Below are positions 46,139-56,137 of a DNA stretch of 64,000 bases, piece by piece; the stretch's first letter is position 1; each line of letters opens with the position of its first letter. The notes under the pieces are model-generated. The model was not told the origin of the DNA. It was given only the letters and a program-made list of their open reading frames with translations, and ran no database searches. Origin of the DNA: Deltaproteobacteria bacterium (GTDB lineage: Bacteria > Myxococcota_A > Polyangia > Polyangiales > Ga0077539); contig JAUXYJ010000103.1 in the NCBI GenBank assembly GCA_030694465.1, forward strand, positions 219,057 through 283,056, read 5' to 3'. Made by a program: the position numbers and the translations under genes.

Positions 46139-46839
46139 GCGCGACCACGCTCCCAGCGACGCAACGCGAGGCTCCCGACAAGCACGCACAGCGCAGTAAA
46201 AATGGCCGCAGCAGCCGAGACAAACACCAGCGCATGCAGCGCTCGGGCTCGCACCGTCGCCCTCGACGGGAGCAAGAACATCCGCGAAGGTACCCCGTCT
46301 GCGCACGCCACAATCGCAGGCTGATTGTCGTCGTCCAGCCCCCCACAACCGACGATCTCAGCGCGCGCGTTGTCGGGTACCGTCCAGCGCTGATAGCGCA
46401 CCTCAGAGCCTCGGGCCTCGGGCAAAACCGCACGCAATCGTCCAGGGACCGCTCGCTCAGACATCGCACCCCAGTCGCTCTCTCGCAGGGACACTCGGCT
46501 CACACGACGGGCCGTCGCGTCCTCTGCGATGCACGCGTTGTCTTCTCCACGCGCGAGCACACGCTCGATGCCATGCTCTCCACGTCGCACGAGCCGCCAG
46601 CGGTGCAGTGCGACGTCTTGCTCAGGATCGATGGGATGCAATGTCACCCGATACGCCGCGCGTACACGAGCCTGGTTAGCGAGATTGATCCGCATAATTC
46701 CACGCGAAAACGAACCCTCGTCGCGGGCTGGGCGCACAATGGCCACGTCCAGCGCCAGCGCCATCACGACCCCCATCACCAAGCTCATCGAGGCCGTGAG
46801 CCATGCCGACGCAGGTGCAGTGCGATGTCGATGCCACAT
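46135..46839 (-). CDS. hypothetical two-TM protein with the same architecture as its downstream neighbour
   Basis: N-terminal TM LTASMSLVMGVVMALALDVAIV and C-terminal TM ALHALVFVSAAAAIFTALCVLVGSLAL. Follows the monooxygenase gene on the same strand. Confidence 0.45.
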   Translation of the reverse strand: MWHRHRTAPASAWLTASMSLVMGVVMALALDVAIVRPARDEGSFSRGIMRINLANQARVRAAYRVTLHPIDPEQDVALHRWRLVRRGEHGIERVLARGEDNACIAEDATARRVSRVSLRESDWGAMSERAVPGRLRAVLPEARGSEVRYQRWTVPDNARAEIVGCGGLDDDNQPAIVACADGVPSRMFLLPSRATVRARALHALVFVSAAAAIFTALCVLVGSLALRRWERGRA

Positions 46840-46895
46840 GTCGCCGCAGCTCGCTTTCTACCTTCGGACGCCCGCAACAACCCACGGCACAGCGG

Positions 46896-49139
46896 TCAGC
46901 GCCGACGTGGCGCGACGTGGCGCCCCGCTTCGTAGGGCGAGGGCCAACGCTGTGAGACAAATCCCTGCGCTCCCGCAGCGCGTGCGGTGAGATACGGGTC
47001 CGCCAAGTGAGCTCGCGCGAGGGCCACGAGGTCCGTGCGCCCCGAGGCCACGAGCGTGTTTACATGGTCCCCTTCGGAGACGGCGCCGACACAAATCGTG
47101 GGGACCTCGGCCGCGCGTCGGACGTGATCGCAGAGCTGCGACATCCAGAGCCGCCCATACGGAGGCTGCGAGCGCACATCGGTCTGCCCCGACGAGACAT
47201 GAATAAGATCTGCACCCGCATGCCGAAGCGCTCGCGCGATCTGCACGGCGTCGTCCGCGGTCGTCCCACCAGGGACCCAGTCGTGCGCCGAAATCCGCAC
47301 CGAAATCGCCCGATCTTTAGGCCAAACGGCCCGCACAGCCTCAAGCACCTCGAGCGGAAATCTCAGACGATTTGCTAGCTCTCCGCCATACTCGTCCGTG
47401 CGCAGGTTGCTCAGCGGCGAGATAAAACTCGAGAGCAAGTAGCCATGCGCGCAGTGCAACTCGACGAGGTCAAAACCCGCCTCGATGGCCAGCTTGGCGC
47501 TCTGCACAAACTGCGATTTCACACGGTCCATGTCCTCGCGATCCATCGCGCGAGGCACCTCCGAGTCTTCGCGATACGGCAGCGCCGAGGGCGCCAACAA
47601 GGGCCACGCGCCCGTGGCAAGCGGCGTGTCGTAGCCGCCATCCCAGGGCGTACACGTGGCGCCCTTGCGCCCCGCGTGACCTAGCTGCACACCGATGAGC
47701 GCACTGGACTGGCTGTGAACAAAGTCCGTGATCCGGCGCCACGCTTGCGCGTGTTGTGGGGTCCAGAGGCCCGCACAGCGCGGGGTAATTCTCGCGTCGG
47801 GCGCAACGTCGGTCATCTCGGTGAGCAGCAAGCCTGCGCCACCCACCGCGCGCGAGCCGTAGTGCACCAAGTGAAAATCGTCGACTCGGCCCTCGTCCGA
47901 CGAGTACATGCACATCGGCGCGAGGACCACGCGATTGACCAGCGTTTGTCCAGACCGAAGCGCAAATGGAGCGAACATTGGCGGGGTCTCGGCAGGCACA
48001 CCCGCGCGTTTGGCGAAGTCTTCGCGCACGCGCTGCACAAAGGCCGAATCCCGAAGCGCGAGGTTGTCGTACGTGATGCGCTTGGAGCGCGTCATGAGCG
48101 CAAACGTGAGCTCCTCGATCGAGCCATGCACGTAGCGCGAGGTGTTCTCAAAAAAGTCCAGAGAGTCTTCGGCCGCACGCTGAATGCGCTCAACGACGGG
48201 TCGACGCTCACGCTCGTACACATCGAGGGCTTGCGCGACGTCGGCGGGATGCGCGCCAAGCGCGGCGTCGAGCGCGATCGCGTCCTCCATCGCGAGCTTG
48301 GTGCCCGAGCCAATCGAGAAGTGAGCCGTGTGCGCAGCGTCGCCCAACAGCACGACGTTGCCCTTGCTCCATCGCGCGTTTTTTACCGTGAGAAAAGTCA
48401 GCCACGACGAGTGATTCGACTGCAGCGTGTGCCCCTCAAGCACGCCCGCAAAGAGCCCCTGAAGATAGACCAGCGCGTCCTCGATGGGCATGCGATCGAG
48501 CCCAGCGCGCGTCCACGTCGCTTCGTCACATTCGACAATAAACGTGCTCGTTTGCTGCTCAAACGGATATGCATGGACCGCAAATACGCCGTGCTCTGTG
48601 GTCTCAAACGCAAACGTAAACGCGTCAAAGCGCCGCGTGGTCCCGAGCCAGATGTAGCGACAGCTGTGGTTCTTGGCCTCAAACCCAAAGCCCTCGGGAT
48701 CGCTGCTTCGCGTGCCCGAACGCACACCATCCGCGGCCACTACGAGGTCGTGCGCGCGAGAGAGCGTGTCCGCATCGGGAGCCTCATGACCTTGCACGAG
48801 CTCAACCCCCAGCTCGTATGCGCGGCGCTCAAGAATGGCCAAGAGCGTCTTGCGCGCGAGCCCCGAGAACCCATGCCCTCCCGAGCGCATCACGTCTCCG
48901 CGAAAGTGCGTATCGATCGCAGTCCAATGCACAAAGCTCGCTTGGATCTCTGCGAAGGTCTTAGGGTCCGCGTCGCGTAGATTTCCCAGCGTTTCGTCAG
49001 AGAAAACAACGCCCCAGCCAAAGGTCACGCCTGGCGGATTGCGCTCGTAGACCACCACGCTCTGGCTCGCGTCACGCGCCTTGAGCAAGATCGAGAGATA
49101 CAAGCCGCCGGGACCACCGCCGAGGATCGCTACGTTCAT
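46896..49139 (-). CDS. bifunctional FAD-dependent aromatic-ring monooxygenase / Old Yellow Enzyme-type NADH:flavin oxidoreductase
   Basis: N-terminus MNVAILGGGPGGLYLSILL (GxGxxG) with salicylate-hydroxylase-like motifs. C-terminal half has the OYE signature LHCAHGYLLSSFISPLSN. 747 aa is the size range recalled for anthraniloyl-CoA monooxygenase/reductase and salicylyl-CoA 5-hydroxylase fusions. Confidence 0.85.
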   Translation of the reverse strand: MNVAILGGGPGGLYLSILLKARDASQSVVVYERNPPGVTFGWGVVFSDETLGNLRDADPKTFAEIQASFVHWTAIDTHFRGDVMRSGGHGFSGLARKTLLAILERRAYELGVELVQGHEAPDADTLSRAHDLVVAADGVRSGTRSSDPEGFGFEAKNHSCRYIWLGTTRRFDAFTFAFETTEHGVFAVHAYPFEQQTSTFIVECDEATWTRAGLDRMPIEDALVYLQGLFAGVLEGHTLQSNHSSWLTFLTVKNARWSKGNVVLLGDAAHTAHFSIGSGTKLAMEDAIALDAALGAHPADVAQALDVYERERRPVVERIQRAAEDSLDFFENTSRYVHGSIEELTFALMTRSKRITYDNLALRDSAFVQRVREDFAKRAGVPAETPPMFAPFALRSGQTLVNRVVLAPMCMYSSDEGRVDDFHLVHYGSRAVGGAGLLLTEMTDVAPDARITPRCAGLWTPQHAQAWRRITDFVHSQSSALIGVQLGHAGRKGATCTPWDGGYDTPLATGAWPLLAPSALPYREDSEVPRAMDREDMDRVKSQFVQSAKLAIEAGFDLVELHCAHGYLLSSFISPLSNLRTDEYGGELANRLRFPLEVLEAVRAVWPKDRAISVRISAHDWVPGGTTADDAVQIARALRHAGADLIHVSSGQTDVRSQPPYGRLWMSQLCDHVRRAAEVPTICVGAVSEGDHVNTLVASGRTDLVALARAHLADPYLTARAAGAQGFVSQRWPSPYEAGRHVAPRRR

Positions 49140-49180
49140 ACCGCGGCAGTGTCACCGAGGAGCGATCGCTCGGCAATCAC

Positions 49181-51325
49181 TCAACGCGACGTCGCAGGAG
49201 CCTGAAGCGCGGTCGCCCCGAGAATCGCTTCAAGCTCGACCACATGCGCGTCAATGCTTGAGACCCACTTGAACACCCAACGAGCACCATTGCGATAAAT
49301 CTCGGTGCGGTCATCCCGTCCGTCGCCGTCTTGATCCCCAGTGTACGTCATGCTCTGAATAATCTGTGTCGCGCTGCCGACCCGCGTGTCTGCTGAGACC
49401 ACCATCGGCATCATCCCTGGCACCGTCTGCACACGCAGAGCTCGTCCCGCCGTGACGCCCATCAGCTGCCACCCCGGCTCGTGAATCCACATCGACCCCA
49501 CCCCGCTGCTGTCAAGATGCCCGGCGACCGAAAACCCTGCGCCAAGCCCGCTCATCGTCTGCATTCCCATCAGCAACACCGGCATTGTCGGCGTCACGAT
49601 TCCCCCCATGGATCCTCGATAAATTCGCACCTCGCCAACCCCCACGGGCGTCCCGTCCGAAGGCGTCTCGGTGCTCACCACCAGGTCCGCATAGCCATCC
49701 GCGGTGACGTCGCCTCCGAGTTGCAATCCACGAGCAAAATTGCGGTGTGTTGACAGAGTTGGCTGCATCCAGTCCCCCCCGGTTCCAGTCGCCGCACCGC
49801 GCACCACGTGCACTTCTTCGTCGAGCACACTCGAGTCGGTCACAAACGAGTACGCCACATCGTGACGGTGGTCACCATTGACGTCCCCCGCACCGGCGAC
49901 CCACACCCCCTGCCGCGTTGTAGCCCCGCGCGCAGGCTTGTCTCCGCCGCCAATTTCTCGCGCGATGGTCAGGCTGTTCGCACGCGTACCAGTCCCCAAA
50001 AGCACCACGAACCGATGACGTACGAGCGGGCTCGTCAGCTCTTGCGCGATCACCACATCCGAATAGCCATCGCCGTCAAAGTCTCCCGCAGCTGCGATCC
50101 GATCGGTCGCGCTCATGCCCGAGATGGTGACCGATCGAGAGGGGTCGACGCCTAATGGTCCACCCCAGAATAGCTGCAAATTTCCACTCATTGTGGACGC
50201 AACAAGGTCAACGTACCCGTCGCCATCCACATCGCCAGCCACAGTCAGCTGGGTCAGGCCCGTCGTGCGAAGAATTCCCCCGCCCGTCAAGTCACCCGCT
50301 GAGCCCACCCTCGTTGCAATGGGCGTCGATCCTCCAGAGACCGCAAGCATCGCGAGGTCGCTGAACCCGTCCCCGTTGAAGTCAGGGTCAAACCCGTGCG
50401 CGGTACTCACGCTGGCCTGTGGCCCTTCAGGCAGCCTTGTCTGCCAGGGTCTCGCTGCGCCAGGCGCATAGCCCGCTCCCACCCGCGCACGCACACGCCA
50501 AAACACGACGCCTGGGCTCAGGGTGCATGACGGCAATAGCTCTGAAATCCCAGCAGGAACCTCGAAGTTGGCGATCACCATCGCACACGCAGGGTCACGG
50601 CAGACCTCGACCAGCGCACCCTCCGGCGACGTCGCCGGATCCCACCGAAAAAACGGCCTCACGTTGGTGCTGCGCGACCCGCTCGGTGGCCACACCATCC
50701 GTACGGGCATCCCCGCCGCCATCGCGACCGAAGACACCGTGCAGGCGCCCATCGGTCGCGCGTCGGACTGCACAACGTCACCTGGTGAATCACTCGCGCT
50801 GTCGCCGACAGAGGCGTCTCCATCGCGTGTAAATTCTGGCAGTTCTGCGCGCTGCCGAGACACACAGAGACCTTCGCGACAGGTCTGCCCCATGGATTCA
50901 CAGACCGTGGACGCCATGCCTACACAAGCGCTTGAGAGGTCCATCGAGAGCAGCAGTCTTCGCCCGCGCCCAAACGACACGATCGCCTCTTGCTTGACCG
51001 TAGTACTGTCGCTCAATTGTCCAGTCACTCGTACGAGAACTGGCCTTGGATCATCGGCGCGATCGGGTGTCACACGGACATATCCAGGGAGCACAAGCCG
51101 CCCCGCACGGAGGTCATGGCTCTGTTGGCTCACGACCCGCTGAGTGCTGGCCTCGCGCAGCTCGATGACTACGGACTCAAGACCACTCGCTCCCGCCGTC
51201 CCCACTGGAATATTGCTCGTGATCTCGACCCAAAGCTCCGTCCGTCCCTGACACGAAACACTCGCTAGCGACACCACCGAAGAGATCAAAAGGCTTGTCG
51301 TCGCCCAGGCCGAAGGCTTCTCCAT
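49181..51325 (-). CDS. secreted FG-GAP (integrin-alpha beta-propeller) repeat protein
   Basis: Signal MEKPSAWATTSLLISSVVSLASVSC. Repeats GDFNGDGFSDL, GDVDGDGYVDL, GDFDGDGYSDV, GDVNGDHRHDV, GDVTADGYADL. Confidence 0.7.
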   Translation of the reverse strand: MEKPSAWATTSLLISSVVSLASVSCQGRTELWVEITSNIPVGTAGASGLESVVIELREASTQRVVSQQSHDLRAGRLVLPGYVRVTPDRADDPRPVLVRVTGQLSDSTTVKQEAIVSFGRGRRLLLSMDLSSACVGMASTVCESMGQTCREGLCVSRQRAELPEFTRDGDASVGDSASDSPGDVVQSDARPMGACTVSSVAMAAGMPVRMVWPPSGSRSTNVRPFFRWDPATSPEGALVEVCRDPACAMVIANFEVPAGISELLPSCTLSPGVVFWRVRARVGAGYAPGAARPWQTRLPEGPQASVSTAHGFDPDFNGDGFSDLAMLAVSGGSTPIATRVGSAGDLTGGGILRTTGLTQLTVAGDVDGDGYVDLVASTMSGNLQLFWGGPLGVDPSRSVTISGMSATDRIAAAGDFDGDGYSDVVIAQELTSPLVRHRFVVLLGTGTRANSLTIAREIGGGDKPARGATTRQGVWVAGAGDVNGDHRHDVAYSFVTDSSVLDEEVHVVRGAATGTGGDWMQPTLSTHRNFARGLQLGGDVTADGYADLVVSTETPSDGTPVGVGEVRIYRGSMGGIVTPTMPVLLMGMQTMSGLGAGFSVAGHLDSSGVGSMWIHEPGWQLMGVTAGRALRVQTVPGMMPMVVSADTRVGSATQIIQSMTYTGDQDGDGRDDRTEIYRNGARWVFKWVSSIDAHVVELEAILGATALQAPATSR

Positions 51326-51506
51326 GAGGCAGAGTTTCTCAGTAATTTTGCTGAGATCCAAGGCTCTGCGTAGGTCCCCCTCGAAAGACCACAGCGATCA
51401 CTGCCTCGCTGGTTTACCCTCGCACGCTCACACCTCTCGCGCCCACGCAGACCACACCAACGCGTGCGCACAGCCTGTTGTCCCACGAAGGAGCAAGTCA
51501 CCCACC

Positions 51507-53147
51507 ATGATGCACGGCGGTCGAATCGTTGCAGAGCAGCTCAAACGCGAAGGCGTCACTCATCTCTTTACTCTGTGTGGTGGGCACATCCAGTCGATCT
51601 ACGATGGATGCATCGACATGGACATTCGCGTGGTGGATGTCCGCCACGAGCAGACCGCGGGCCACGCCGCAGATGGCTGGGCGCGCGTCACGGGTGTGCC
51701 CGGGGTCGTCGCCGTCACAGCGGGCCCCGGCGTGACCGACGTGGTCACTGCCCTCGCCAACGCACAGCGCGCGAATGTCCCGCTCGTGTGTCTGGGCGGC
51801 GCGGGGCCGGCGCTGTTGTCCGATCGTGGATCACTTCAGGACATGAATCACCTGGATTTGATCAAGCCAATCACCAAGGCCTGCTGGCGCGTACTGCACA
51901 CCGATCGCTTGGCCGAGTACGTGAGCATGGCCTTTCGAGTCGCCCTCTCGGGCGTCCCAGGGCCAACGTATCTCGAGCTCCCACTCGACGTGCTCATGAA
52001 CTTCGCCGCGGTCGACGAGTGGCCTGACCCTGCGACTTCGCGCACGAGCGCGCAGTCGGCGCCCGATCCAAAGTATCTTTCGCGAGCCATTTCGCTACTC
52101 GAAAGCGCAGAGCGCCCCGTCGCCATCATCGGCTCACAGCTCCGTTGGAGCGAAGACCGCGGCGCACTCGAGCGGCTCATCGACCGCTACGCGATGCCCA
52201 CGTACGTCAACGGCATGGCCCGCGGCTCGGTCCGCGCCGATCACCCATGCCTGTTCTCGCGCTCTCGTCGCGTCGCCCTTGAGCAAGCCGACGTCGTGCT
52301 CATGTGTGGAACTCCCTTTGATTTTCGCGTCGATTACGGCCGCGCTCCCACCTGGAACCCCGCCACCAAGATCATCAAGGTCGACCGCGACGCGACCACC
52401 CTCGGGCACAACAAGGGCGTCGACGTGGGCCTGGTAAGCGACACGGGGCTCCTCCTCGAGGCGCTCACCGCACAGCTACCCGCCCGCGCTCCGGGCGCCT
52501 GGGTTGAGACCATCCGCAGAGACGAAGACAAACGACGTGCAAAAATGCAGGTCGAAATCGCCGTCGCAAGCGACCCGCCGAACCCTCTTCGCGTGTGCGC
52601 CGAGCTCAACAAGTTCTTGCAGCCTGACTCGATCGTCGTGGGCGATGGCGGAGACTTCGTCGCGACCGCGGCCTACGTGCTCACCGTGCGGCCCGAGGGA
52701 TTTTGGATGGACCCCGGGCCCCTCGGGACCCTCGGCGTCGGCCCCGGATACGCTATGGCGGCCAAGCTCGCGCGTCCAGACAGCCGCGTGGTGCTCGTGT
52801 TTGGCGACGGCTCTTTTGGACTCCATGCGATGGAGCTCGAGGCCATGGCCCGCCAAAAAATCCCCGTCGTGTGTGTCATCGGCAACGACGCCGGGTGGAC
52901 ACAAATCCGCCGCGGACAGGTCGAGATGTACGGCGAAGAGCGCGCCGTCGCGACCGCCCTCGAGTACACCCGCTACGACAAGGTCGCCGAAGCGCTGGGG
53001 TGTTACGGCGTCTGGGTCGAGCGAACCGAGGACCTGGCGGCCGCTTTCGCCGAAGCGTTTCGCGTGAGCGAGACCGAGCAGCGCCCCGCGGTGGTCAACG
53101 TCAAGATCGCGTCGAGTGATTTTCGTAAGGGCTCCATCAGCGTGTGA
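51507..53147 (+). CDS. thiamine-pyrophosphate enzyme of the acetolactate synthase / oxalyl-CoA decarboxylase / 2-hydroxyacyl-CoA lyase family
   Basis: N-terminal Pyr domain, central domain, C-terminal TPP motif GDGSFGLHAMELEAMARQKIPVVCVIGNDAGW. 546 aa from ATG 51507. Confidence 0.8.
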   Translation: MMHGGRIVAEQLKREGVTHLFTLCGGHIQSIYDGCIDMDIRVVDVRHEQTAGHAADGWARVTGVPGVVAVTAGPGVTDVVTALANAQRANVPLVCLGGAGPALLSDRGSLQDMNHLDLIKPITKACWRVLHTDRLAEYVSMAFRVALSGVPGPTYLELPLDVLMNFAAVDEWPDPATSRTSAQSAPDPKYLSRAISLLESAERPVAIIGSQLRWSEDRGALERLIDRYAMPTYVNGMARGSVRADHPCLFSRSRRVALEQADVVLMCGTPFDFRVDYGRAPTWNPATKIIKVDRDATTLGHNKGVDVGLVSDTGLLLEALTAQLPARAPGAWVETIRRDEDKRRAKMQVEIAVASDPPNPLRVCAELNKFLQPDSIVVGDGGDFVATAAYVLTVRPEGFWMDPGPLGTLGVGPGYAMAAKLARPDSRVVLVFGDGSFGLHAMELEAMARQKIPVVCVIGNDAGWTQIRRGQVEMYGEERAVATALEYTRYDKVAEALGCYGVWVERTEDLAAAFAEAFRVSETEQRPAVVNVKIASSDFRKGSISV

Positions 53148-53188
53148 AATTCCAAGGGATTTAGCGTCCCTTGTGCAGTCACACCAGA

Positions 53189-53572
53189 TCAGCAGCCTTC
53201 GTCAATCGAGCCGTTGCAGTTGTCGTCGCAGCCGTTGCCACAGACCTCTTGGGCTCCCTGACGACAGACACACTGCACGGGCACGGGCTGCGGATGTGGG
53301 TCGTGGTAGACCACTCCGCCCGAGGGCTGCGCCACCGACGATGTGACCGCCACGCCGCCGCCGCCGCAACCTTCGTCGACGATGCCGTTGCAGTTGTCAT
53401 CGCAGCCGTTGCAGACCTCTTGAGCGCCCTGGGCACAGACACACTGGCCACCGCCCTGCATGCCGCCGTTGACCACGACGCCGCCTTGCACATCGACCTG
53501 TGCGGGGCGTGTGTACACAAAACAGCCTGAGAGAAGAAAAGCGAAAACCAAGACAGAAACGTGGCGAATCAT
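53189..53572 (-). CDS. small lipoprotein with two MopE-like Cys/Asp metal-binding repeats
   Basis: Lipobox MIRHVSVLVFAFLLSGC. Two copies of CxCxQGAQEVC(G)NGCDDNCNGxIDEGC. The internal DNA duplication is visible. Confidence 0.6.
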   Translation of the reverse strand: MIRHVSVLVFAFLLSGCFVYTRPAQVDVQGGVVVNGGMQGGGQCVCAQGAQEVCNGCDDNCNGIVDEGCGGGGVAVTSSVAQPSGGVVYHDPHPQPVPVQCVCRQGAQEVCGNGCDDNCNGSIDEGC

Positions 53573-53690
53573 AGGTGTTTTAGGGTCCTTTCGGCGGATG
53601 GTTGTACGCGAGAAACAAGCTCAAGCGTCGCTTGATGGTGCGTCGACGGTAGCGACGAAGCGCAGGGTCGACTACCTTCCGCGCGCTCGA

Positions 53691-54506
53691 ATGCTACGCG
53701 GTCCTACGATCTCAGTCTCCCTTCTCTTCACGCTCTGTGTGGCGGCTACTGCAGTGGTCACTCCGTCGTGTGCAACGCAAACCCGCAGACCCACGCTGAA
53801 CTACGCCGATCGCGCCCGACGCGAGTACGAGGCAGCGATGCAGCTCTTTGATGCCGGCGAGTGGACCGATGCACAGGAGCAAATGCAGCGAATCAAGCGA
53901 GATTTCGGGGTCTCTCGCTACGGTTGGCTCGCCGAACTGCGGCTGGCCGACATTGATTTTCGCACCGAAAAATACGCCGAGGCGATCGGTACGTATCGCA
54001 ACTGGATCCGCTACCACCCGTCGCAGCCCGAGGTGACCTACGCGCGCTTTATGATCGCGAAGTGTCACTTTAGCCAGATCCCGCAAGACTGGTTCTTGGT
54101 GCCCACGTCGTGGGAGCGAGACCTAGGCGCAGCGCAAGACGCGCAAGACTCACTTCGCAATTTTTTGCGAGACAACGCGCAGAGCACTTTTGCGACCGAA
54201 GCCAGGGATTTGCTTAGGCAAACGCGCGCGGTCCTCGCACGCGGCGAGATCCATGTCGCAGAGTTTTATCTCACGCGTGGGCACTCGGACGCGGCCATCG
54301 CGCGCTTGCAGACCGTCCTGTCGGACTACGCGGGCTCGGGGCTAGAGCCCGCCGCGTTGCTTAAGATCGGCGAGATCCACATGGCAGAGGGGCGCCAACG
54401 TGAGGCTCGCGAAGCGTTTCAATCATTGGTCGAGCACTTCGCCAGCAGCGACGTGGCCCCAGCGGCCCGACGGTACCTCGTGTTCTTGCAGCGATCTGCG
54501 GGCTAG
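53691..54506 (+). CDS. bamD: outer membrane protein assembly factor BamD (TPR lipoprotein)
   Basis: Signal plus conserved BamD/YfiO pattern (YEAAMQLFDAGEWTDAQEQMQRI..., YAEAIGTYRNWIRYHP, AEFYLTRGHSDAAIARLQTVLSDY). Confidence 0.75.
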   Translation: MLRGPTISVSLLFTLCVAATAVVTPSCATQTRRPTLNYADRARREYEAAMQLFDAGEWTDAQEQMQRIKRDFGVSRYGWLAELRLADIDFRTEKYAEAIGTYRNWIRYHPSQPEVTYARFMIAKCHFSQIPQDWFLVPTSWERDLGAAQDAQDSLRNFLRDNAQSTFATEARDLLRQTRAVLARGEIHVAEFYLTRGHSDAAIARLQTVLSDYAGSGLEPAALLKIGEIHMAEGRQREAREAFQSLVEHFASSDVAPAARRYLVFLQRSAG

Positions 54507-54567
54507 TTTTCACTCAAGCTCAGCGATTTTGCTCGCTTGGCAACCGTATCTTTCGCCAGAGAGTTCT

Positions 54568-55365
54568 ATGGACGAGACACTCAAACAGCAGCTCATCCTG
54601 GCGCGTGAGCACTACGAAAAGCACGAGTACGACCAGGCCTTGCCCGCGCTCGAGGCCATCGTAGCCACGTCCGATCGCTTCGCCGATGTGCACAACATGC
54701 TCGGCGTCATTCGCTACGATCGCTGCGATTTTGCAGAAGCGCGCGCACACTTTGCAGCAGCCGTCGAGTGCAACCCGACCTACACCGAGGCCTTGATTAA
54801 CCTCGCGGTGACCCTCAACGAGCTCGGACAGTTTGCCGAGTCTCGCGCGGTCCGTGAGCGCTTGGCAGAGCGCGGCGTGAGCACCTCGCCCGCGACTCCC
54901 GCGGACATCGAGCCCTTCGCACGCGGAAAACTAGCCAATCTCCACGCAGATCTAGCCGACGCGTACGGCGCCCTTGGGCTCTTGTCCCACGCCGCAGGCG
55001 AGTACCGTCGCGCCCTTGAGCTTTGCCCTACCTTCGCGGATTTGCACACGCGCTTGGGTCACGTGCTCAGAGACGCCGGGCTGCTCGACGCGGCAGCGCA
55101 GGCTTATCTGCAAGGGATCGTGGTCAACCCTCACTATGTGCCCGCGCGTGTAGGGCTGGGCGTCGTGCAGTTCTCAAAGGGCGACCGCGACGCCGCCGAG
55201 CGCAGCTGGAACGAGGCCCTGACCATCGCGCCCAATGACCGCCTCGCGTCCATGTACCTGCGAATGTCCAAGGGAAAGCGCATGACCCCATCGGTGCAAT
55301 TGCGCGCCGTTCAGCCCGCAGACGCCCAGACCATCGCGCCAGACCCGGCCAAAGAGCCGCAGTAG
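54568..55365 (+). CDS. TPR repeat protein
   Basis: Multiple 34-aa TPR units (W-LG-Y-A-F-A-P patterns). Start MDETLKQQ. Confidence 0.7.
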   Translation: MDETLKQQLILAREHYEKHEYDQALPALEAIVATSDRFADVHNMLGVIRYDRCDFAEARAHFAAAVECNPTYTEALINLAVTLNELGQFAESRAVRERLAERGVSTSPATPADIEPFARGKLANLHADLADAYGALGLLSHAAGEYRRALELCPTFADLHTRLGHVLRDAGLLDAAAQAYLQGIVVNPHYVPARVGLGVVQFSKGDRDAAERSWNEALTIAPNDRLASMYLRMSKGKRMTPSVQLRAVQPADAQTIAPDPAKEPQ

Positions 55366-55407
55366 CCTCGCAAGAAGCGCCAGGACGCGCTTGACGCAGG
55401 CGAGTTA

Positions 55408-55423
55408 TTGAGCGATCACTCAA
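55408..55423. promoter_or_regulatory. 16-bp near-palindrome TTGAGCGATCACTCAA upstream of the TetR gene (TTGACG -35-like at 55391)
   Basis: One mismatch from a perfect dyad. 5 nt upstream of the ATG at 55428. Confidence 0.45.
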
Positions 55424-55427
55424 CGCA

Positions 55428-56069
55428 ATGGCTCGCCCCCCTTCCATCAGCGATGAGACGCTGCTCAAGGCCGCTCACGCGGTGCTCAAAGAGCGCGGTG
55501 CCTCTGCGAGCACCATCGAGATCGCCGAGCGCGCAGGGGTGAGCGAGGGCACGTTATTTCACCGTTTCGGCAGCCGACACGGCCTCATGAACGCAGTGCT
55601 CAGCAGCCTCTCATCGCCCTGGTTGCAAGCGCTCCCTGGGCGCGTGGGCGAGGGCGAGGTCTTCGAGCAGCTCCGCGTGCTGGCCCACGAGACCTTGGGC
55701 TTCTTTCGCGAGCTGATGCCGCTCACCATGATCGCGATGAGCTCTCAGGGGCAGCAGGGTCCCGAAGCGCTCGCTGAGCGCGCCGCGGGCAAGCTCCGTG
55801 GCGAGCGCATCGTGGCGCAGTATCTCGACGCCGAGATGCGCCTCGGGCGGCTACGAAGACTCGACGCCGAGGTCGTCGCGATGGCCTTCTTGGGCGCGCT
55901 CCACAGCTTCGCCATGAATGAGTACATCCTGAGAAATCACAGGACTTTCTCGATCCCTGAGCACACCTTCGTCCGCGGCCTGATCGAGACCCTTCAGAGC
56001 GGCATCGGGCCAGAATCCCCCCCAGGTCCGCCTGCAAACGCACGACCTCGTCGCCGCAGCGCAACCTAA
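55428..56069 (+). CDS. TetR family transcriptional regulator
   Basis: HTH ASTIEIAERAGVSEGTLFHRF. 213 aa. Confidence 0.8.
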   Translation: MARPPSISDETLLKAAHAVLKERGASASTIEIAERAGVSEGTLFHRFGSRHGLMNAVLSSLSSPWLQALPGRVGEGEVFEQLRVLAHETLGFFRELMPLTMIAMSSQGQQGPEALAERAAGKLRGERIVAQYLDAEMRLGRLRRLDAEVVAMAFLGALHSFAMNEYILRNHRTFSIPEHTFVRGLIETLQSGIGPESPPGPPANARPRRRSAT

Positions 56070-56137
56070 GCCCTCTCTCACGCAACCAACGAACCGCTCA
56101 CAACGACCCGCCGTTGTCTCATTCGCTCGGAGAATAA

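Noticed and set aside
46139-46348. Possible frameshift fusing 46135-46839 with 45455-46348
   Set aside because: The downstream frame reads Cys/Arg-rich nonsense across the upstream gene's TM segment. A GTG at 46138 overlaps the upstream stop (GTGA) and starts directly at a TM helix, so two coupled genes is the better explanation.
45853-46935. 360-aa + strand ORF, and similar ORFs at 1171-2298, 643-1833 (-), 10463-11109, 16216-17070, 56624-57328
   Set aside because: Extremely Arg/Pro/Ala/His-rich alternative-frame products overlapping better-supported genes. Expected artefacts of ~70% GC.
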